This document shows, piece after piece, positions 12,123 to 21,104 of a DNA stretch of 64,000 nt. How positions within the stretch are numbered: the first letter of the stretch is position 1; each line of letters begins with the position of its first letter. A model generated the notes under the pieces. The model had not been told where the DNA came from. It saw only the letters and a list, made by a program, of their open reading frames with translations, and searched no databases. Made by a program: the position numbers and the translations under genes. The stretch covers positions 300,049 to 364,048 of the forward strand of contig MFJV01000001.1 in NCBI GenBank assembly GCA_001780985.1. The letters run 5' to 3'. The DNA is from Candidatus Gottesmanbacteria bacterium RIFCSPLOWO2_01_FULL_43_11b (lineage in GTDB: Bacteria; Patescibacteriota; Microgenomatia; UBA10105; UBA927).

Positions 12123-12158
12123 AGTTGTTAGTTGTTCGTTGTTTAGTTGTCGGTTATT
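12122..12158 (-). repeat. Degenerate heptamer array (TAGTTGT)n filling the inter-pilin spacer
   Basis: TAGTTGT TAGTTGT TCGTTGT TTAGTTGT CGGTTAT. Confidence 0.65.
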
Positions 12159-12882
12159 ATGGGCACCAGTTGTCTGGATTCCTGCAAGCCTCGACACAGG
12201 TAGCGACATCGTCAAAAGACGCCGGACAGCCACTCTGCTGCGGGTTAGTGTACGTATTGCAGTCACCTCCCGGCGTGCAAGCCAAACTCCCATAATACCC
12301 ACTCGCCGGCGTTGGCGTTGGGCCGCCGCCGCCATCACCACCACCGTCACCACCCGGTGTGGGCGTTGGCGTTGGGCCGCCGCCGCCATCACCACCACCG
12401 CCAGGAACAAACCCTTCTGCTACAACCGAAACACCTACCGAATTACAAAAATTGTATCCCTCCCCCCACCCACATCCCTCGACGGGGTCACAGCCAAGCG
12501 AGGTAATGGCAGGATCGCTCGTGTCTTTGAGGGAAGCGCAGGCGCGGTACCCCAAACAGGGATTTGCTTCCGGCACGTATAAATAGGGCTGTTTCGTAGA
12601 GGGGTCACAAGGAATTTTATCAAGGTATGGAACCAGTGTTGCTGCGCCGCAACTATCGAGAATTCCAGAGTCGGGGTAACACCCCTTGTCATTGTAGTAC
12701 TCTTCAAATGCAGTACGTATTGCATTAAGGTCGCTTTTTCGCTTCGCATCATAGCCCCTATCAATTTGTCGTTTCCAGTTAAAAAGGGCAACGACGGTAA
12801 ACAGAACCAGGATAATCGCAATTGCGATCAGGAGTTCTGCCATCGTCCACCCCTGCCTGCCGGCAGGCTGGCCTTCTTTCAT
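12157..12882 (-). CDS. Type IV pilin-like protein with Gly/Pro-Thr linker and Cys-rich C-terminal tail
   Basis: MKEGQPAGRQG|WTMAELLI; DAKRKSDL..I..AFEEYYND; IPCDP; GGGGPTPTP repeats. Confidence 0.85.
   Translation of the reverse strand: MKEGQPAGRQGWTMAELLIAIAIILVLFTVVALFNWKRQIDRGYDAKRKSDLNAIRTAFEEYYNDKGCYPDSGILDSCGAATLVPYLDKIPCDPSTKQPYLYVPEANPCLGYRACASLKDTSDPAITSLGCDPVEGCGWGEGYNFCNSVGVSVVAEGFVPGGGGDGGGGPTPTPTPGGDGGGDGGGGPTPTPASGYYGSLACTPGGDCNTYTNPQQSGCPASFDDVATCVEACRNPDNWCP
12308..12400. repeat. Perfect 39-bp direct repeat (12308-12346 and 12362-12400) encoding GGDGGGGPTPTP
   Basis: GGCGTTGGCGTTGGGCCGCCGCCGCCATCACCACCACCG twice. Confidence 0.9.
12852..12871. repeat. Short GC-rich palindrome inside the pilin leader (PAGRQG)
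   Basis: Perfect 14-bp GCCTGCCGGCAGGC at 12855-12868 within CCTGCCTGCCGGCAGGCTGG. Confidence 0.7.
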
Positions 12883-12931
12883 ATAGTTTTTAGTATGACA
12901 TGGATATTGACTCTGTGCAAATATCAATACT

Positions 12932-12939
12932 ACTATAGT
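12932..12939. promoter_or_regulatory. Palindromic bidirectional -10 box ACTATAGT
   Basis: TATAGT readable on both strands between divergent genes; 7 nt before ATG 12947. Confidence 0.5.
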
Positions 12940-12946
12940 ATATACA

Positions 12947-13480
12947 ATGCTGCCTCAGAAACGCCTGCTACTTCTGCTATCAGTTATTGTCGTTCTCCTC
13001 TACGTTGGACTCAATGTCGCAATCTATCTCTGAGGCACAACGATCTCTCAAAGCAAATTCGGGAAAGCAGCCACGAATCTTTCCATCATCAAAGAACAAA
13101 AAAAACCACAATCAACACAAACCACTAGGGAAATCCCCTTCACCCCCCAACAAGTTGTCCTCCCAAGTGGCTCTCAAACATACCGTTTTTCCCACGGAAA
13201 AGACGTGATAGGCCCCAAACCTGAAAGTATCACCATCGATCCCCTTACCCCGGAGAAAAACCAGACGCAGACTGTAATCGTTGCAATCAAAGATCCGGTT
13301 GAAAGTGCTGTTGTCGAACTTACCACTGACAATCAAAAAACTCAGCACGATCTTAAAAATAATAACGGAAACTGGGAGGGGGTTTGGACAGTGGACGATA
13401 ATTATGACAACACGAACGCCATGCGGTTAATTTTGAAAAACAAAAGCTATACCTATGATCAAACGTTATACTTTCGATGA
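12947..13480 (+). pseudogene. Membrane-anchored hypothetical protein with one in-frame TGA (13031-13033)
   Basis: MLPQKRLLLLLSVIVVLLYVGLNVAIYL*GTTISQ... stays open in the same frame into the 13205..13480 ORF. Confidence 0.7.
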
Positions 13481-13530
13481 GAATTAGGGATTAGGGGGAT
13501 AGTATTTAGTATATAGGGATTAGCATAGAG
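13481..13530 (+). repeat. Degenerate heptamer array (GGATTAG-like) upstream of the second four-helix-bundle gene
   Basis: GAATTAG GGATTAG GGGGATAG TATTTAG TATATAG GGATTAG CATAGAG. Confidence 0.75.
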
Positions 13531-13539
13531 GAAAACAAT

Positions 13540-13803
13540 ATGCAAAATGAAGATAACGGCAAAATTACAAGCTTTACCCAGCTTATTGCGTGGCAAAGAG
13601 GACACCAGTTAGTACTCAATATCTATAATATGGTGAAGAAATTTCCATCGGAGGAGCGATACGGATTATCGGATCAAATGAGGCGTTGTGCGGTGTCTAT
13701 TACATCGAATCTCGCCGAAGGATTTTCCCGACAGGGCAAAAAAGAAAAAATTCAGTTTTATTTTACTTCACGAGGTTCACTCACACTTCGACGGCACCAT
13801 TGA
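13540..13803 (+). pseudogene. 3'-truncated four helix bundle protein
   Basis: SFTQLIAWQRGH..FPSEERYGLSDQMRRCAVSITSNLAEGF..RGSLT; homology stops at ~13785, last helices missing. Confidence 0.85.
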
Positions 13804-15635
13804 CGAGCCTTTCTTTGTTAGAAAATCCCTTGCCTATGAAGAGGCTGCCGAGGCCTACCGCGCCGGGCGCGACCACTACCTAAATAAAACCATTTCCTCA
13901 ACCGATTTATCCGGTAAACAAACGCTACCCTTCTACGTCGCCGCAGACCGGCCGGGAACGTATCTCGAGGCCACCGTCGGCGAGAACGCCTTTGCCAACT
14001 ACCAGCCTGATTCCAACACGGTTGGCTTATGGCACCTTGCCGAGCAATCCGGTTCGGGGGAATACATCAAAGATAGTTCCGGTAATTCCAATCATGGAAC
14101 TCCAACAGGAACTACTTTTACCCAAGGTAAAATTGGCAAAGGGAGAAATTTTGCGGGATCTTCAAGCCACTGGATCGGAATTAATTCTCCAACTTCCGGG
14201 ATTACTGCTGGCGGAGTAAAAACCGTTAGCGCGTGGATAAATACATCGTTGGCTACAGACGAAGTTATATTTAACGCATATGATGGAACGAATGGTTACC
14301 AAATTTATGTAGGCGGAGGGGCTTTTTACAGTTGGAGTAATGGTGGCGCAACTCTAAGTTCTTCTACTGTAGTTAATGATGGAAAATGGCACTATGTAGT
14401 AGCTGTTTTGGGATGGAACAGACGCTTATTTATATGTTGATGGAGTCCAGAGAAACTCGGGAGCCAGAACAATTTCGACAAGCACAACACCTCAAGCCCA
14501 AATAGGTACACAATGTACAGGATCTTGCCCCACCGGCCAAGCGGTTAATTTTAACGGTACTATTGATGAAGTCAGAGTTGACAATACCGCCCGCACTGCA
14601 GATGAAATCCGGCAGGCGTATGAGGTCGGGAAACGAACCCATCCGGTGACGATTGATTTTGGAGCAAAACTCGATAGTGGCGATGATTTAAGCGATCTCT
14701 CATTTACGATTGATGCCACCTATTACGGACTTAACAGTAAAGGCAGTAATTTGTATAAAGGCGATAAAATCATAGTCCGGGAAAACGTCGACGGTACCGA
14801 ATATATCTCCCAGGGAACGGTAACGGCGGTGACGGCCTCAACCGGTGCAGTAACTGTTGCTGCCTGGGATTCAGGATCCACCGTCCCCTCCGGCGGATTT
14901 ACCGTAAACGCATCAGTATTCAAATGGCAGCGGGAATACTTTGATCCCACCGGATCGCTGTCTACCCACCGCGATGCAATAACTAATCTCACATTCAGGT
15001 TAACCGATGGCGCCGAAGGCCGGACCATCTGGCTTGATGATCTCAAAAGCAGCGGCGGGTATCTTACCACACCAGAAGGATCAACGATCGCTTCTTCTTT
15101 AGACAATCAGTATTTCCAGTACCGAATTGTCGAGATGACCAATGACACAGCGGTTTCGGCAAGCCTAACTTCGTTAACGGGTGGCTATGGTTCCTTGGGT
15201 ATACCGATTTCGGGTAATTATATTTATACCACTACTTCGGCTAACACGAGTGATTTTATAACACGCTACGTTGACATCAACGATCCCACTACCCCCCGTT
15301 ATGTTTTGGGGGTAGACAACGGCGCGGACGAGGACGCCGACAATACGGCCAATTTTGAAGTCCAAAGCGGTGCTTTAACCATAAATGCAAGTGACACTTT
15401 AGTGGCGGGGACTATGACTCTGACCGGAGGCTCGGTGGCCATTGCCAACGGCGGCCAGATCGTCATCGGGCAAAAGTTATGGACGGTCGACCAGGATGTC
15501 GACGGCTGGTCGTTGAACCGAAGGTTGGGGTACGGTAGTAAACCAACCAACGGACGGCGTAAAAATTTGATGGCCAGCTTTGGCGCAAATGACTGCGACG
15601 ATACGGTAAACAGTTCAACCAACACCTGTCAGTGA
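13784..15635 (+). pseudogene. 5'-truncated, frameshifted LamG-domain surface protein
   Basis: Starts mid-domain (HFDGTIDE); extra T in TTTT 14406-14409 breaks HYVVAVWDGTDAYLYVDG; the corrected frame runs through FNGTIDEVR into ORF 14646..15635. Confidence 0.8.
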
Positions 15636-15814
15636 AGTGATGTTATTGAAAAATCTCCTGGGCGGTTGACCAGGACGCTGACGGCCACTCTTTAGACCGC
15701 CGGCTCTGGTACGGTGACCAGCCAACAAACGGCAGACGTAAAAACTTGATGACCAGCTTTGCCGTTGCCGACTGCAACGACACGATCTATGATACCTCCA
15801 ACCTCTGCCAGTAG
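15480..15814 (+). repeat. Diverged 156-bp tandem duplication of the C-terminal 51 codons (15480-15635 and 15659-15814)
   Basis: WTVDQDVDG..PTNGRRKNLM..DCDDT..CQ* versus WAVDQDADG..PTNGRRKNLM..DCNDT..CQ*, gap-free. Confidence 0.9.
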
Positions 15815-15824
15815 TTCAGGTATG

Positions 15825-15833
15825 TGATACAAT
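15825..15833 (+). promoter_or_regulatory. Extended -10 (TGnTACAAT)
   Basis: TGATACAAT 9 nt before ATG 15843; no SD. Confidence 0.55.
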
Positions 15834-15842
15834 AAATGTACT

Positions 15843-16052
15843 ATGCCGCTTGTTTGGGATTATCCGAAAGCTAAACTCACGAGATCCCGCCGCGGTTCCG
15901 TACTACTTCTTGAGCGATTGATTAATTTTGGACCGGGAAAAGGAGAAAAAATTCACCTGCGGAAAGTAAAAGAACACTGGGGGGCCCTCCGCTTGTTTCC
16001 GAACAAACGGCGGCTCATGGAGCTTTTCTTATGGGGAAAGCCACAATCTTAA
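15843..16052 (+). CDS. Small partner protein of the AbiEii-type nucleotidyltransferase (putative antitoxin)
   Basis: 69 aa, WDY...LERLINFG pattern, overlaps downstream NTase gene. Confidence 0.6.
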   Translation: MPLVWDYPKAKLTRSRRGSVLLLERLINFGPGKGEKIHLRKVKEHWGALRLFPNKRRLMELFLWGKPQS

Positions 16053-16693
16053 CACCGAGACAAACTGAGCTCATACGGGCACTTTGCGCAGACACATTTT
16101 TCACCGACACGTTTTATTTTACCGGAGGAACTGCGCTTTCAGAGGTGTATCTCAAGCATCGCAAAAGCGAAGATCTGGATTTTTTTTCCGCCCGCACGTA
16201 TGATCCCCAACGAATTCTCCACGCGTTAACGCGGTGGTCCAAAACACAAAGATTTTCTATCAAAACGGACTTTGTCGAGCCTACGCATATCTACGTGCTG
16301 ACATACCCCGATGGCCACGCTGTCAAAGTGGACTTTGCTACATATCCCTACCCAAGCCTCGATACGCCAAGCCGGTATCGGGATACCTTGTCCGTGGACA
16401 GCCTGTTTGATATTGCCGTCAACAAACTCGTAACCATTACCCAACGCACGGAGGTGAAAGATTTTGTAGATCTTTATTTTCTATTCCGGCAGTTTACATT
16501 TTGGACCCTCCGGGACGGCGTTAAAACCAAATTTAATATCGAGATAGATCCATATGGAGTTGCCTCAAATTTCATGGCTGTAGAAGACTTTGATTTCCTT
16601 CCGATCATGCATACCCCATTGACCCTACAGGCGCTCAAAATGTTTTTCCGGACCAAGGCAAAAGATCTGGGGAAAAAGAGCATCGCCCCTTGA
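16031..16693 (+). CDS. AbiEii/AbiGii-family nucleotidyltransferase
   Basis: FYFTGGTAL...HRKSEDLDFF, NKL...R.E.KDFVDLY. Confidence 0.9.
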   Translation: MGKATILTPRQTELIRALCADTFFTDTFYFTGGTALSEVYLKHRKSEDLDFFSARTYDPQRILHALTRWSKTQRFSIKTDFVEPTHIYVLTYPDGHAVKVDFATYPYPSLDTPSRYRDTLSVDSLFDIAVNKLVTITQRTEVKDFVDLYFLFRQFTFWTLRDGVKTKFNIEIDPYGVASNFMAVEDFDFLPIMHTPLTLQALKMFFRTKAKDLGKKSIAP

Positions 16694-16718
16694 CATACAA
16701 AGAATGTTATATTATCCT
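16690..16718 (+). promoter_or_regulatory. Putative sigma70 promoter of second AbiE module
   Basis: TTGACA 16690-16695, 17-nt spacer, TATCCT 16713-16718, 8 nt before ATG 16727. Confidence 0.55.
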
Positions 16719-16726
16719 GTACATAT

Positions 16727-17263
16727 ATGTACAAGATAGATATACTCCTGAAGCAAAAAAATCGTTTATTTCATACCAGGGACCTCGGCCTTTTGTGGCA
16801 GATACAAAATACAAATACACTCTACACCCAAATCAAACGCTACACAGCCAAAGGCATACTTATTCCGGTCCAAAAAGGACTGTATACCACCGTCCCCGTA
16901 ACCCAACTGCATCCGTTTGCGCTTGGCGCGGCTGCCCTGCACCGTTATTGCTATATAAGTTGTGAGTATGTGTTGGGTCAGGCAGGCATTATATTCCAGG
17001 CCGGTCAATCCGTCACGTTTGTTTCATCTGTTTCACGTAAATTCACGCTTGGTGGTCATGAGTTTTTTGTAAGACAGCTGGCAGATCAATTTCTCTTTAA
17101 TGATGCCGGTATTCAAAAAGATGACGACGGCATATCTATCGCCTCCCCCCAGCGCGCAGTTGCCGATCTTTTATACTTTAATCCTCACGCTCATTTTGAT
17201 AACCGACGCGCATTAGATTGGACAAATGTGCGCGACATACAAAAGAAAGTGGGGTATCTATGA
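16727..17263 (+). CDS. AbiEi-type antitoxin / transcriptional regulator
   Basis: wHTH-like N-term ending KGLY, YISCEYVL, ASPQRAVADLLY; ATGA overlap with toxin. Confidence 0.85.
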   Translation: MYKIDILLKQKNRLFHTRDLGLLWQIQNTNTLYTQIKRYTAKGILIPVQKGLYTTVPVTQLHPFALGAAALHRYCYISCEYVLGQAGIIFQAGQSVTFVSSVSRKFTLGGHEFFVRQLADQFLFNDAGIQKDDDGISIASPQRAVADLLYFNPHAHFDNRRALDWTNVRDIQKKVGYL

Positions 17264-18009
17264 TACTTCCGTATCCCAAAGACGCGCTCCATAAAGCCAT
17301 GCTCTACCGGCTCCTCATTGGTCTGTTGGATGCCAAAGATGTGGCAAGAGAGATATTTTTCAAAGGCGGTACCTGTGCTGCTATGCTTGAGTGGCTGGAT
17401 CGGTTCTCCATCGATTTGGACTTTGATCTTTCCCGAAATGCAGACAGGCCCAAGCTGAAACGGCTCCTGAAACGTATATTTAACGCCAATGGATTTCGTG
17501 TTGCCGAAGAAGCCAAAAACGAGCTCTATTTTATTCTGAAATACCAAGCACCACCGGGTACACGAAATAACTTGAAGCTGAGCATTATTGATCTTCCGGT
17601 TCGCGCGAATGTGTACCAGCCACAGTATCTTTCGGATATCGCGCGTTTCGCTGTGTGCCAAACCGTCGAAACCATGTTTGCCAATAAACTCATCGCTGTC
17701 ACCGACCGGTTTAAGAAATATCACACCATCGCTGGAAGAGACATTTATGATATACACTATTTTTTTACCCAAGGATATGGATATAATCAGGAAGTTATTA
17801 CGGAGAGGACGGGAGTGTCGCCAGCCGTATATCTACGTGAGCTTAGCGAATTTATCCGTCAAAAAATAACGGAAAGAATTATTAGTGAGGACCTGAGTTA
17901 CCTCCTGCCGCCTACAAAATTTCAAGTGGCGCGGCGCACACTAAAATCAGAAGTCCTTATCTTTCTTCAGTCCGCAAAATCCCACGCGCCGTTGATACAA
18001 CAAGCCTAA
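17260..18009 (+). CDS. AbiEii-family nucleotidyltransferase toxin
   Basis: FFKGGTCA...RFSIDLDFD, MFANKL, GRDIYDI; start ATG 17260. Confidence 0.9.
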   Translation: MILPYPKDALHKAMLYRLLIGLLDAKDVAREIFFKGGTCAAMLEWLDRFSIDLDFDLSRNADRPKLKRLLKRIFNANGFRVAEEAKNELYFILKYQAPPGTRNNLKLSIIDLPVRANVYQPQYLSDIARFAVCQTVETMFANKLIAVTDRFKKYHTIAGRDIYDIHYFFTQGYGYNQEVITERTGVSPAVYLRELSEFIRQKITERIISEDLSYLLPPTKFQVARRTLKSEVLIFLQSAKSHAPLIQQA

Positions 18010-19102
18010 CGTCCGACTTTGTTAAATCCGGATAAATAGGAAGACGAACGAGTGTCGCCGCAACATCATCGGTCACTGGCAGTTTCCTTTTGTTCCCCCC
18101 AAGCTTTTTTCCCATCGGAGAGCTATGTAAAGGAACAAAATGCGTGCTCACCTCTATTCCCTTTTTTCGCATACCCACAACAAACATTTTTCGATGAGTT
18201 GGATTTTTGAATTTTATTGCGTAAATATGCCAGTTTGGATTTGTCATACCTTTTGGAATACCGGGTAGTTGGATAAAATCACTATATTTATGTAGTTCTT
18301 TTGTATAAAAAGATGCAATACGAGTTCTTTTTTTATTTATGTAATTAATTTGATCAAGTTGTACATTAGCTAATGCTGCAAGAAGATCAGAGAGAAGGTA
18401 ACTACTCCCCTCGCCCACCCAGCGGTAAATCGGCACTTTTCCTGCTAAAAACGCTTGCCGGTCGGTTCCAACTGCGCGGAATATTTCCAGTTTATCGGCA
18501 AGTTTTCTATCATTGGTAACCATTGCTCCTCCCTCTCCTGTTGCTACATTTTTTGTGCCGTGGAAAGAAAATGCGCCGGCATTGCCGAATGTTCCCAGAT
18601 GTCTTCCTTTATAATACGAACCTATACAATGGGCTGCATCTTCAATGATCCAAAGTCTATGAGCACGTGCAAGTTTCAAAAGTTTTTCAAAATTCTCCGA
18701 TGCAAATCCACCATAATGTTCCGTGATGATACCAACGGTTCGCTTTGTAATTACCTTTGCCACATCTATTGGATCTAAACAATACGTTATTGGATCAATG
18801 TCAGCAAAAACCGGTTTGGCGCCCCGGATCATTACTGCTGTTGCAGTTGAGGATAGAGTAAAACTTGGAACAATAACCTCATCGCCGGTTTTTGCCCCCA
18901 GACAGGCGACAGTGGCTTCCATTGCGTGGGTTGCTGATGTTGCCGGCATGGCAAATTTTGCACCGGTAATCCTTTTTAATTTCTCCCGCATTCGGACACT
19001 TTCGGGGCCATCTGCAACACCGGTTCCGGTCCTCATTGCTTTAACAATTGCCCGCTCTGCGGATATTCCCCAATATGGTTTATGAAGTGGAATACGTGTC
19101 AT
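17957..19102 (-). CDS. DegT/DnrJ/EryC1/StrS PLP aminotransferase (WecE/RffA-like)
   Basis: VIVPSFT, IEDAAH, FSFHGTKN..GEGG, LVRLP. Confidence 0.93.
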   Translation of the reverse strand: MTRIPLHKPYWGISAERAIVKAMRTGTGVADGPESVRMREKLKRITGAKFAMPATSATHAMEATVACLGAKTGDEVIVPSFTLSSTATAVMIRGAKPVFADIDPITYCLDPIDVAKVITKRTVGIITEHYGGFASENFEKLLKLARAHRLWIIEDAAHCIGSYYKGRHLGTFGNAGAFSFHGTKNVATGEGGAMVTNDRKLADKLEIFRAVGTDRQAFLAGKVPIYRWVGEGSSYLLSDLLAALANVQLDQINYINKKRTRIASFYTKELHKYSDFIQLPGIPKGMTNPNWHIYAIKFKNPTHRKMFVVGMRKKGIEVSTHFVPLHSSPMGKKLGGNKRKLPVTDDVAATLVRLPIYPDLTKSDVRLVVSTARGILRTEER

Positions 19103-19152
19103 AAGCTCAAGTACTCTTGCAAATTATACCTTCTTCCTGTAAGGTTGTCTCG

Positions 19153-20160
19153 ATGACACGCATAGGGCTTATCGGATATGGGTACTGGGGACCAAATCTG
19201 GCGAGAAACTTTAGCGCACACCCGAATGTACAGCTTACATGGATTTGCGACATGCGTAAACATGTACTCTCAAAACTGCCGCTCCTCTACCCAATGACCA
19301 AAACCACAACCCGCGCATCCGATGTTTTTTCAGATCCCGATACCGATGCGGTCGTCGTCGCAACACCGATTTCTACACATGTACCCCTCGCCAGAGCGGC
19401 ACTACGAGCTCGCAAGCACGTACTTGTTGAAAAACCGCTTGCTCCAACCGGAAAAGATGCAAAAATGCTGGTAACACTTGCACGAAAGAAAAGAAAAATC
19501 CTCATGGTTGATCATACATATATCTACACTCCGGCAGTACAGAAAATAAAAGAGATTATCGCCTCCGGAGAACTTGGGAAAGTATTTTTCATAGACTCTG
19601 TTCGAACCAATTTAGGACTTGTTCAAGCCGATAGTAATGTTATCTTCGATCTTGCAACACATGATTTTGCTATTTTGGATTTTCTTTTTGGCAAAAATCC
19701 GACAGTTGTTTCTGCAACCGGATTTTCAGTGGGCGGAACACGTGAAGAGGCAGTTGCATACGTCTCAGCTCGATATGGTAAGGAGCTCTTCCTCCACACA
19801 CATGTCAGCTGGCTATACCCGATAAAGATTCGTACCATGATATTTGTCGGTACGAAAAAAATGCTGGTATTTGATGATGTGGAGCCTTCAGAAAAAATTA
19901 AAATTTACGATAAAGGAATATCAGTAAGTCTTGACCCGAAAAACCGCTACCAAATGCGTGTAGGTTACAGAACAGGCTCTGTTGTTTCTCCCCACCTCCC
20001 TCTCACAGAGGCTCTCTCCGGTATGGCAAAAGAATTTATTCGTGCAATTGAAAAAAACAGGAAACCGACCACCGATGGCACAAGCGGTACGAATGTCGTC
20101 TCTGCAATCGAAGCTGCAACCAAATCTCTTCGTACTGGCGGCAAACACATCCGATTATGA
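19153..20160 (+). CDS. Gfo/Idh/MocA oxidoreductase
   Basis: IGYGYWG, HVLVEKP, DLATHD. Confidence 0.92.
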   Translation: MTRIGLIGYGYWGPNLARNFSAHPNVQLTWICDMRKHVLSKLPLLYPMTKTTTRASDVFSDPDTDAVVVATPISTHVPLARAALRARKHVLVEKPLAPTGKDAKMLVTLARKKRKILMVDHTYIYTPAVQKIKEIIASGELGKVFFIDSVRTNLGLVQADSNVIFDLATHDFAILDFLFGKNPTVVSATGFSVGGTREEAVAYVSARYGKELFLHTHVSWLYPIKIRTMIFVGTKKMLVFDDVEPSEKIKIYDKGISVSLDPKNRYQMRVGYRTGSVVSPHLPLTEALSGMAKEFIRAIEKNRKPTTDGTSGTNVVSAIEAATKSLRTGGKHIRL

Positions 20161-21104
20161 AACTATCCGGACGGAAAATTCTCATTACCGGTGGTGCCGG
20201 ATTTATAGGTTCTCACCTCTCCGAGACTTTGGCAAAAAACAACCGAGTTGTAGTTTATGACAATTTTTCCTCTTCAGTGATTTCTTCAAAAGATATCCCT
20301 GGTGTCCGGTTTATTCGGGGAGATATTCTTGATGAAAAAAAATTGATAAGAGCTATGCGGGGTGTTGATGTGGTGTTTCATCTTGCTGTTGCCTGTGTCC
20401 GCCTATCGCTTTCAGAGGTACAACACGTCCACGAAGTCAATAGCACCGGAACGCTCACCACTCTCCTTTCGGCAACCAAATCGCATGTGAAGCGATTTAT
20501 CTATATTTCCTCAAGCGAGGTTTACGGTGGCACCGACAAATCTAAAATCTCCGAGAATCATCCGATTAAACCTACGACAGTTTATGGCATTAGCAAATAT
20601 CAGGGCGAGCTCTACACAAAACTTCTTCCTTCTATTATTATCCGCCCGTTTAATGCCTATGGTCCGCGGAGTCACTTTGAGGGCGTGTACGGCGAAGTTA
20701 TCCCCCGCTTCGTCATTCGAACGCTTGCAGGGTTACCGCCAATAATATTTGGCGACGGAAAACAAACGAGAGATTTTACCTACGTTTCCGACACGGTATC
20801 CGGCATCATAAAAGCTGCGCAGTCAGATAAACTCCTAGGATCTGTCATAAATATTGCCTATGGGAGGGAAATTTCCATTCGTAGGACTGCCTCAATTATT
20901 TCACCGCTTAAACCTATTCATAGAGCTGCTCGGCCGCTCGATGTCCATAGGCTTGCGGCAGATATCCGTTTGGCTAAAAAAATGATCGGGTATAAACCAC
21001 GTATTGCAATTGACGAAGGACTTGCCCGCTACATTTCTTGGGTGAAAAAAACAGTGCCGAACCCTAAAAAATTACTTTCCAAAATTCCTGACACTAATTG
21101 GTAA
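20157..21104 (+). CDS. NAD-dependent sugar epimerase/dehydratase (extended SDR)
   Basis: TGGAGFIG, SSSEVYG, YGISK, GDGKQTRDF. Confidence 0.93.
   Translation: MKLSGRKILITGGAGFIGSHLSETLAKNNRVVVYDNFSSSVISSKDIPGVRFIRGDILDEKKLIRAMRGVDVVFHLAVACVRLSLSEVQHVHEVNSTGTLTTLLSATKSHVKRFIYISSSEVYGGTDKSKISENHPIKPTTVYGISKYQGELYTKLLPSIIIRPFNAYGPRSHFEGVYGEVIPRFVIRTLAGLPPIIFGDGKQTRDFTYVSDTVSGIIKAAQSDKLLGSVINIAYGREISIRRTASIISPLKPIHRAARPLDVHRLAADIRLAKKMIGYKPRIAIDEGLARYISWVKKTVPNPKKLLSKIPDTNW

Noticed and set aside
12123-12410. N-terminal extension of ORF 11577..12410
   Set aside because: Alternative frame of the upstream pilin; the class III signal places the start at 12122
13031-13033. Alternative genetic code (TGA=Gly, code 25) or selenocysteine
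   Set aside because: Many intact genes end in TGA, often as ATGA overlaps, and the giant ORFs have no internal TGA; a single nonsense change is simpler
15480-15814. DGR template/variable repeat pair (Avd-like genes nearby)
   Set aside because: Mismatches are not confined to adenines in either copy, many are synonymous C/T changes, and no reverse transcriptase is in the window
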